Below are positions 12,885 through 21,000 of a stretch of DNA of 64,000 bases, in pieces. This stretch comes from Hormiphora californensis. Its lineage: Eukaryota > Animalia > Ctenophora. The stretch lies in the NCBI GenBank assembly GCA_020137815.1, contig CM035356.1, forward strand, positions 1,240,001 to 1,304,000, read 5' to 3'. The position numbers were made by a program, and so were the translations under genes. How positions within the stretch are numbered: the first letter of the stretch is position 1; each line of letters begins with the position of its first letter. A model generated the notes under the pieces. The model did no database searches and was not told the DNA's origin. It saw only the letters and a list, made by a program, of their open reading frames with translations.

Positions 12885-15800
12885 TTATTCGAATAGGTTA
12901 CTTCTGTATACTAATTTGGAGAATTTGTGCAGATCCAGTGTGTTGCTGGGAGTGAGAATGTTGTTGATGATATCTTGGTAGTCGAGTTTGTATCGTAGCT
13001 CATCTAGGTCTGGGCAGTGGAGGAGCTTGTGTTCCGCATTCTCTTTGACTTTGCATAAGTCACAGAGGTTGGATATGGATTTGTCTTTGTTTGAGATGGC
13101 GCTGTTTAGGTTGTTTTGTCCGGAGATTGCCAGGGTTAGACTTCTGAGGTATGGTTTTTGAGAGAAGTTTAGTTTGGGGTGGTCTCTGATGAGTTTGTAG
13201 AGCAGCGTGGTTGTCCAGTTGGAGTAATTGGCCTTCTCGATTTGTTTTATGAATTTCTTTGTGCAGTCTTCTTTCATTAGCGATATGAGTTGGGTTTTGG
13301 TTAGGCCGAAGGGGTTTGCGGTGTTAAGACTGTCTTTGGTTGCTCTTTTGGCGATTAGGTCCGCGGCCTCGTTACCGGGGATGTTGGAGTGGGCTTTAAC
13401 CTTCTGAATTGTTACATTGTTGTAGATTTGTAGTTTATGGAGGTTGTTGATTGTGGAAATTAACTGGTTCGAGTTTGTCTGTCCCTTCACAAGATTAGTT
13501 AGGGTGGTTTTGGAATCTGTATGTATGGTAATGTTCATGTACTTGGTGTCATAACTCAGTAAATTGATGGCTACCATATTTATTGCTTGAAGTTCAGCTT
13601 GGTTGATTGTGTTGATTGGGGAAAGAGTTTGGATTATAATTTTGTACGAGGTATCGTACAATATTATGGCTCCGGCACCCGTGACTGGGCCCGGCTTGGT
13701 GTCCATTTTTGAACCGTCAGTATATATTTCGATATTTCCGTTTGTGACTATATTTTGGTTTTCGGAGAAATGGATAAGTTGGGTGGAAGTAATGTCCAGT
13801 TCTGAACCCGGGTTTAGGTGGCGCAAGTAGTTTTCTATGTCTTTGGAGTGGGTGAGTCTGGCTCTTGTACCGTGGTTTGGGTCTGACCACCAGTTGTTGT
13901 TGCTAATGAGGTGGATGTAGTTGTTAATTCTTTCTTTGTTTAAGAGAAAGACAAGAGGCTCTACACCGGCGAGCTTAGTCAGTGTTGCTGACTGAGTATG
14001 TTTATGGCCGCCTGTGATCTTACGGTTGACGGCGTTTTGGACCGTTTGTATCTTTTGGAGTGCGGTTTGGTTATTCAGGATCGTGTGTCCCCAGATACCG
14101 CCTGCGTATAGTAGATTTGGCATAATTATCTGGTTGTGGACGTGTCTGGCTTGGTCCAGGGTTAGCCCCCAATGTTTGTTGATGAGGAAGTTTAAGGGGC
14201 GGGCAGCTGCCTTGGTTTTAGTAATTTTTTTGTTGATGTGCGTTTTGTAATTTAGATTTTTGTCTAGGTCGACGCCTAGATAGGGGGCAAATGGTTTTAT
14301 GGGGAGTTGTTCGTTGCCCAGTTGGATGTTGTTTAGAGAGATTTTTTGGTGTGTGTTGTGGAAAGCAACTATGTTAGTTTTTGTGGTACTTAGTTTTAGG
14401 CCTTGTTTGTGTACCCATTCTGTCAAGATTTTCATTTGTTCGACAATTATGTCGTGCATGGTGACGTTAAGGTCGGGGCCAGTAATAATTATAACAATGT
14501 CATCCGCGTATAATATGATAAGGTTGAGGTCGCAGCAGGTGAATTGGATTGTGTTCATGCATAAGTTCCAGAGGAGTGGAGATAGGATACCCCCTTGGGG
14601 GGTGCCTCTGTGGATTTGTTGCTCTAGCATTTCTCCGCCTAATTCGAGGATTACAGTTCTATTTCTGAGGGAGTGACTGATCCATTCGAATATTTCAGTT
14701 GGTAATTTTATCTTATCTAAACCTCGCTCTAGCGCAGTGAAAGATACTCTGTCGAAGGCGCCTTCGACGTCTACGAAAGCCCCTAGGGCGTATTGTTTGT
14801 CAGCGAGCGCGTTTTCTATTCTGCTAGTAAGATCGTGAATCGCGGATATGGTTGATTTACCTTTACGGAAACCATGTTGGTTGTCGATTAGTTTCATGTT
14901 AATTTTGAGGTCGTCGTGGAGAAAGATTAGTAGACCTCTTTCCATGAGTTTGAGAATGTTTGACGACAAACAGATGATGCGGTAACTCTTGGGGTTAGCG
15001 TAATTTGACTTACCTGGTTTTGGGATGATGATGCCCTTGCTCTTCAGCCATAGTTCCGGTTTCAACCTGCAGGTTAGGGTGTTAAGCATGAATAGGCGTA
15101 ACTTATGGGAGATTATGTCCCATGTATCGATTAACATGCCGTTACTGATCTTATCTAGGCCAGGGGCTTTGGCCCTTTTTACCTGTTTTATGGCTTTGTT
15201 GAGGTGGCTGATTTTCAGTTGTTCGGTAACCGGCATATTGATTTTATTCTTCTGTTTCCATGTCTGGTTAGATTCATCGGGATTCTCTGGGAAGTGAGTG
15301 TTAGCGATGGTTTTGAGAATGGTTAGTGGGTCGTCCGAAGATGCTTGGGGGCCCGTGTCGATTTTTGTGAGGTTTATACGGGGTTTTGAGTGGTTTTTCA
15401 TGCACTGTGAGACTTCCTTGATTGAAGTAAGTTTTGAGATTTTTTCTTTCCAGCGTTGTTCTTCACAGTTTTTGATTTCCTCACCAAGGGCTTTTTTGAG
15501 TCTGCTAATTTCTGATCGGGTTTCCCCCGACTTGCTCTTTTGTTTCTTTAGAGGTTTTAGTTCTTGTTTGATAGCTGTCGCAGTCGGGGACCAGGGCGAC
15601 GATTTTAGGTGTTTTACTACTGTGGTCGGGGTGGCTTCGTTGAAGGAGGAGGTTAGTGCTTCACATATAGACTTGTATTGACTGTTCATGGCCTTTTTGC
15701 TCGGGTTGTTGTGGATGTTTAACTTACTGAATTTTTGAGTTACTAGTTCCCTAAAGAGGGGCATGTCTGTATTTTTGGGTAATTTAACCTTCTCTGTTTC

Positions 15801-16952
15801 TATGTTGCCAAGATTAATTTTGATGTGTATTCTTTTGTGGTCTGATAGGGTCGTGTCAGTGAGGGACCACTTGTGTACTCTGTCATGCGCTTTTTCATTA
15901 GTTATGGTCAGGTCGATGAGAGATTGGCCATTTTTACTCACGAAGGTGGGTTCGTAAGTTGTATTTTCGATATAAAGCCGTTCTTCATCGAGTATACTTT
16001 CCAGAGTGATACCTCTGACGTTGGTGATTCTATCTCCCCATGATTTGTTACGGGCGTTTGAGTCGGTACATATTATCCAGGCTGTGTTCTTTTCTTGGAC
16101 ATAGCTGCTAGTTTGTAGGAGTTTGGTCTCTGTGTCGGGATTGATATGTTTTTGCCCTTTTGGGGCAGAGAGATAGGCCGAGGTGATTACTATAGATTTG
16201 TTATTGCCAAATTTGTATCTGATGCTGACTATTTCGTCGTTTGAAAGGGTTGCTAGAAGGTGTGCGTTTTTGGCCATGTTTATAGGGACAATAATACAGG
16301 CACGGGGGGTTACGTGGTCCTTGGTAAAACAACGGGAATATTTTGGGACGAATTGGACTCTGCCGTTCTTACCTGTATAAGGCTCTTGGAGGGCTAGTAT
16401 TTTGTTGTTACCGGTCTTGGACATGATTTCCTTTGTTGCTCCAATTTCAGTATGTAGGTTGTGCTGTATTATCTCTGTGAGGAAATTAGAGGGGTTAACC
16501 TTCTTGTTTTCCTTTGGGTGTTTGTGGGGGGCGTTGACAACTTTGGGGGCCGGTATTATGGCTGGGTTGTTGGCAGGGGAGTTAACATTATCTGTGGGAC
16601 CATTTGTAACTGAGTTACTGGCGGGGGTGCTAACGAAATTGTTATTTGGAGCTGGGTTACCGGCGGGGGTACTGTGGTTAGCGGGGGTGCCGTGTGTAAC
16701 TGGGTTACTGGCGGGGGTGCTATAGTTAGCGGGGGTGTCATGTGTAACTGGGTTACTGACGGGGGTGCTATAGTTAGCGGGGGTGCCATGTGTAACTGGG
16801 TTACTGGCGGGGGTGCTATAGTTAGCGGGGGTGCCATGTGTAACTAGGTTACTGGCGGGGGTGCTATTGCTAGCGGGGGTGACTTGTGTGGTGTAGTCAG
16901 GGTTAGGATGGCGTTTGTAGCGTTTCCGGTGTCTTCCAGCTGGCGGGGACAT
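12885..16952 (-). CDS. ORF2 of the inner LINE: APE endonuclease, RT, RNase H and C-terminal CCHC knuckle (1355 aa, uninterrupted)
   Basis: APE motifs LQEPY, DSNA, IDLT, SDH. RT motifs DVEGAFD, GTPQGGILSP, YADD. RNase H motifs YTDGSK, AEL, TDS, VKAHSNIPGNEAAD. C-terminal CDLC…EH…C. Confidence 0.96.
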   Translation of the reverse strand: MSPPAGRHRKRYKRHPNPDYTTQVTPASNSTPASNLVTHGTPANYSTPASNPVTHGTPANYSTPVSNPVTHDTPANYSTPASNPVTHGTPANHSTPAGNPAPNNNFVSTPASNSVTNGPTDNVNSPANNPAIIPAPKVVNAPHKHPKENKKVNPSNFLTEIIQHNLHTEIGATKEIMSKTGNNKILALQEPYTGKNGRVQFVPKYSRCFTKDHVTPRACIIVPINMAKNAHLLATLSNDEIVSIRYKFGNNKSIVITSAYLSAPKGQKHINPDTETKLLQTSSYVQEKNTAWIICTDSNARNKSWGDRITNVRGITLESILDEERLYIENTTYEPTFVSKNGQSLIDLTITNEKAHDRVHKWSLTDTTLSDHKRIHIKINLGNIETEKVKLPKNTDMPLFRELVTQKFSKLNIHNNPSKKAMNSQYKSICEALTSSFNEATPTTVVKHLKSSPWSPTATAIKQELKPLKKQKSKSGETRSEISRLKKALGEEIKNCEEQRWKEKISKLTSIKEVSQCMKNHSKPRINLTKIDTGPQASSDDPLTILKTIANTHFPENPDESNQTWKQKNKINMPVTEQLKISHLNKAIKQVKRAKAPGLDKISNGMLIDTWDIISHKLRLFMLNTLTCRLKPELWLKSKGIIIPKPGKSNYANPKSYRIICLSSNILKLMERGLLIFLHDDLKINMKLIDNQHGFRKGKSTISAIHDLTSRIENALADKQYALGAFVDVEGAFDRVSFTALERGLDKIKLPTEIFEWISHSLRNRTVILELGGEMLEQQIHRGTPQGGILSPLLWNLCMNTIQFTCCDLNLIILYADDIVIIITGPDLNVTMHDIIVEQMKILTEWVHKQGLKLSTTKTNIVAFHNTHQKISLNNIQLGNEQLPIKPFAPYLGVDLDKNLNYKTHINKKITKTKAAARPLNFLINKHWGLTLDQARHVHNQIIMPNLLYAGGIWGHTILNNQTALQKIQTVQNAVNRKITGGHKHTQSATLTKLAGVEPLVFLLNKERINNYIHLISNNNWWSDPNHGTRARLTHSKDIENYLRHLNPGSELDITSTQLIHFSENQNIVTNGNIEIYTDGSKMDTKPGPVTGAGAIILYDTSYKIIIQTLSPINTINQAELQAINMVAINLLSYDTKYMNITIHTDSKTTLTNLVKGQTNSNQLISTINNLHKLQIYNNVTIQKVKAHSNIPGNEAADLIAKRATKDSLNTANPFGLTKTQLISLMKEDCTKKFIKQIEKANYSNWTTTLLYKLIRDHPKLNFSQKPYLRSLTLAISGQNNLNSAISNKDKSISNLCDLCKVKENAEHKLLHCPDLDELRYKLDYQDIINNILTPSNTLDLHKFSKLVYRSNLFE
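16600..16885 (-). repeat. 48-bp coding tandem repeat (TPASNPVTHGTPANYS, about 5 copies) in the ORF2 N-terminus
   Basis: Visible in both the DNA and the translation. Confidence 0.9.
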
Positions 16953-17377
16953 GGCTATAGGTTAGGAGGATTTGAGTTGATTATTTTGGGGGTGGTGTTA
17001 GCTGTGTTAAAAAGGTTACCAACTGTTGGCGAGGGGAGCAAGATTTAACAAGCAAGATTTACGATTGTGGGCGGGGGTAGATAAGAGAATCAAGAAAAAT
17101 CCCATTGCTTTGATTTAGTACAAATAGTTTAGAAGATTACGAGTATTGAAGTCATTAGCTTGTATGGTTTATCTTTCAGACTGAATGTACACAACATAGC
17201 ATGTTTTTAAAAAAAGGAAAGGTCAGCATGTGAAAAGACACGTTACAGCGGTGGTGTTAACTAAAAGCAGCTGCAGCCACACAAAAACACGCATTTCCCT
17301 TGACAAATTGTCTAGTATGTAGATGGGGGCGGTACTGGTTTTGATTGGTGGCACCCGACCTTTGTTCTACTATGAGG

Positions 17378-18303
17378 CTAGCTAGTTACTACCATAGCCG
17401 CTTCAGTCGTTTTCTTGAAGTGTTCTACTTCATATGGCTTCAGTGTGTGGAAGGCCCACAGTTTGGGCTCCAAACCCAACGGAAAAGTGGCCTTTTCCGG
17501 CAACTCGATGAAAATCTGTACCCCCAGTTTAGTGCGCTTAGGGGGCATGAGAGGGGAGCACGCTGCATTTTTACCTGCCACATGGACCTTGTTTAGTGTT
17601 AGCCCTTTTATTACAGTTTCCACAAGCTCTTTCGTGACGAGTAGGTTTGAGCTGGTGTTGGGGGGCAAAGTGACCCGCAGGTAGTCGGCGTGGTTTTCAA
17701 TTCTGTTAGAGGGGGCAATTTAGGGTGTGCTGCGGCATAAGGTTAAATGAATTAGGCGGGCTAGGGAGATAGCAGAAAATGGCGGGCTGAGCAGATGAAA
17801 TATATCTAAATATATAGTTGTATCTACTGTGTGGGGTAGGGATTGAGTTACCTTGGTATGTATTTGAGTTCACGAGGGACTCTTTCCGGGATTAGGTTTT
17901 CTTTCCCGCGTACAAATATGGCCCTGTTCGCTGGAGATCGATGCAGAGTGATGCCAAGTTCAGCGCATAATCAATGGCAACATCGCCATTTCATAGCTCT
18001 CAAAATCCTTGTTCTCAAGCTGTAGGAAATCTCTATGAAAGAGAACACCACCATCCATTTGAGCCGTCTTCCTGAAGGGTAAGGGGGTCGTGTTAGGAGA
18101 GTGTAGAGTGGTAGAGTATTTGTAAAAGTTATATACTATGGAGATTTGAGGGGGGGGGGTGTAAATGTGGTTACTGCTTACCTCTCTGTTGCCTTGGCCT
18201 TTTTTCTGGCCTGTTCTATCGGGGAGAGGGTGTCGGGGGATCTGCTACGCTTCTTCCCTCTCTTTGCTGGTTGTTTTCCCTTAGTGCTGGAGGGTTTTGC
18301 CAT
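17378..18303 (-). CDS. Putative three-exon ORF1 of the inner LINE (exons 18303-18182, 18071-17852, 17702-17378)
   Basis: Donors AG|GTAAGC and AG|GTAACT; acceptors CTAAC…CCCTTCAG| and CCCTCTAACAG|. Both introns are phase 2 and all junctions are in frame. Exon 2 is 220 nt and needs one base removed near 17965 (error or mutation). The N-terminus is Lys/Arg-rich. Confidence 0.7.
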
Positions 18304-18784
18304 GGCTAGTTGGGGGGTAAGGAATGTTAGAAGGTGTGACGTCAGGGTCTCTTTGTAGATAAGGGGGCCTGAGCGCGCGCAGGCGTGCTGCGTAAAGAGT
18401 TTGCTTTCCATGAGCTCGGGTTTTTTCTTCTCGCGCGCTACACGGGATAGGAGTATATTACATCATCGTCCTGTGGGGGAATTGTTTTTGTTATGGGTGG
18501 GGATGTAATGTGTTATCAAGGTGCTGATTTATTGGACATCAGTAGCCGTATAATGTAAGTAGACTTAGTGACTGGGGCCCAAACTAATGGGCACCGTTCA
18601 CTTAATCTAGTTTTATGTTATAGGGGGCCCCATTCCCGCTGCTCACGCAACGAGGCAGGGGAGACCCTAAGTTCATTGAGCTATTACAGTCGAGACTGGA
18701 ATAGCTCACGGTGCCATGAGTGAGGTCGGCTAGATCTCTGGCGGGTTTTTACTCCCCAAAATCGGGGCGATAGCCGGGCGTCCG

Positions 18785-18968
18785 TAGTCATTAGCCGCAC
18801 TCCCGAGGCGCTCCGGCGACGACTCGGCAAGCCGAGATCGTCCCCAGCACACCCCCGGAGCACGTTCCCAGGATGGACCGCGGGGAGGTTGACTAATCGG
18901 ACTTGCAGCGGTGTGGCACCAGAAGGAGCGAAGCTCCAACTGGCATCACACCACTACCATTCCATCCC
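18785..18968 (-). ncRNA. HDV-like self-cleaving ribozyme at the 5' end of the inner LINE
   Basis: Minus strand: P1 GGGAUGG/CCAUCCU (G1·U wobble), P2 UAGUCA/UGACUA, P3 ACC/GGU, L3 UCCCCGC, P1.1 GG, long P4 (CGUGCUCC…GGAGUGCG), and J4/2 GCUAA with the catalytic C at 18794. G1 abuts the TSD. Confidence 0.92.
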
Positions 18969-21000
18969 AGTTTGAAGGAGTGCTGAAGACAGAGGTAAAT
19001 TGTGATTGAAATAGTTCTGCCTTCATCTCGGGAACGTCCGTAAGTGACCCATCACTCAATTGTAAGGGAGGGATGCGTGACCGGGTCTTCCTCTTTCGGT
19101 TGGCGTACGACCAAAAGAATTTAGGGTTGGCTTTTAGTTTCATCAACGCTTCGTTTTCATCAAAATCGAGTCGCTGAGAAATGTGACACAAGATGGCCCA
19201 AGTAATTCTGGAAACACCAACCTCGAGCTGTGGCAAAAGGTGAGGTTTATTCTGCCGGGCTAGAGTAATCCGTTTGTTCAAACTCCGTTGTTTCACTTTC
19301 AGTTTCCTGAGAATAGGGTCCCTTCGTTTTTTACGGGCCTTCTTCATACGAGAGTGGTGGGATAAAACCTGTAAACAGTCAGGATAAAAAGCTGGACAAA
19401 ATCAGAACCGTCGCTGCTCTCGCAAATGTCGGCAAGTGCTACCCAGTCGATCGTGTCCAATTCCTTACACATTTCAGGGAAATCTGCCTCATGAAAGTCA
19501 TAAATATCAAAGTCCGTAAATTGATGGTCCAATTGACGACGAGGTTTGATTCCGAAACCAAGGGTAGAGCTGATCATATGGTGATCGGAAATACATGACT
19601 CTGATACCTCAGTTTTGAAGACATATTCGGGCCGGTTAGTGAGAATAAGGTCCAGAATATTCAAGCCCCTTGTAGGGGCATCAACAAGTTGAGTTAGGAA
19701 ATAATCGTTCACAAATTTTATGAACATCTGGGAACAAGTGTCAGATCCTCCACTGAGTGTTCCCCAGTCAATGTCCGGCATATTGAAATCACCCATAATG
19801 TAGATATCAGGACAACCCTTGTTAAGTTCACACTGATCAATGAAATGGGATAGATCATCAAAAAGTCCATTTGATGGGGAAGATGGCGCCCTGTAAACAA
19901 CACAAAAAACCGAGTGGGTCTCTTTGATGTAAACGGCAGCCGCACTATTGGAAGTGTCAGAGAATCTGAATTCGGAGGAAGGGGTCAGTTGGTTGTTAAT
20001 GTAGAGTGCACAGCCACCACCTCTCCTCCCTGCTCTATCACAAACGAATCAGGTGAAACCCTTCAATTTCCAATTGTGCATCAGAGAAATCATCACGCCA
20101 CCAAGTCTCCGTTATGCCGGTGCAAAGGATGGTTTTGACGGATTCTCCAATGAGTCCTTGATAAAAGAAAACTTCCACCGACAGTCACTAGCCGCGGAAG
20201 GCGTTACTAACTGCGGGCGTTGATGAGGAGTAATTCCGAAACCGTTCCCAGAACCCCATGGTAGTTGGTCGGGGTGTTCAGGCTCGGTTGGCCTGAGTGT
20301 GAGATGTTTGGGCCGGGGTGTGTGTTCCCTCGTCATCTCTTCCCTGAAGGACTGGAGAGATGATTCAGGGACGTCTTCACTTCTCGAAGAATCTCGTCCC
20401 TCACTGAGGCCATCAATGCCATGAGAAAATCCTCTTGTGAACGGATGTCATTGGTCGCGACACGGGGGTGGGTCTCAGTTTTAATGGTCTTCTTCTTCTT
20501 TTTCTTCTTAGGGTTTTGAGGAGCTGGAGCTGAGCGAGGGGGCTCTTTCTGCTCCACTTTCTGAGAGGCATCACTGGTTTTGTTACCAGTACTCTTCAAT
20601 GAATTACCTTAGTAGGGGGGTACTTCACTTCTCCGAGTGTTCTTTAAATGTGTGTCTTTACATTCTTTGTCGGTACAGACTCGGGAGATCTCAGAATTAT
20701 GGCAGAGAGGTGGGTGAAAATTCTGACACTTATCACCAAAGTTACACCCGAACGAGTTGCCGTTCCGTACTGACAATAACGGAGGCATTTCTGGGGATGT
20801 TCCTTGCTGCAAGGCTTACCACTAATCAACTTGTCACCATTTGGGCCATGAGGACAGTCTCTCAGTAGATAACGTTCACAAACATTGCTGAATTTGGGAA
20901 CACCTTGCTGTTTCACCTCTCCATAAAAGAAGCTCAAGATCCAATCTTTTGAATGTCACTCTCCCAACAGGAGTTCCAACAAGAATCTTCTTGACAGGGC
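18969..21000 (-). mobile_element. 5' part of the host CR1/L2-group LINE (APE endonuclease and Cys/His-rich ORF1), frameshifted; 5' end unresolved
   Basis: Fragments GITETW…RGGGCALYI, GDFNMPDIDW, LDLILTN, ISDHHMI and KANPKFFWSY. CCCH-like fingers (CERYLLRDCPHG…CSKEHP) at 20600-20900. Confidence 0.88.

Larger units (their letters stand above)
12158..18968 (-). mobile_element. Full-length LOA/R1-group non-LTR retrotransposon nested in the CR1-like LINE
   Basis: A 14-bp TSD AGTTTGAAGGAGTG occurs at 12144-12157 and 18969-18982, with a (CA)n 3' tail at 12158-12174. Removing the insert rejoins the host ORF (…SVFSTPSN|SPSAAADNITPS…). Confidence 0.95.

Noticed and set aside
13603-16725. Plus-strand ORFs opposite LINE ORF2
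   Set aside because: They are antisense shadows of the A/C-rich coding strand.
18304-18411. Upstream ATG (MESKLF…) as the ORF1 start
   Set aside because: The extension runs through a branch point, pyrimidine tract and acceptor, so the ATG at 18303 is preferred. The upstream start is not fully excluded.
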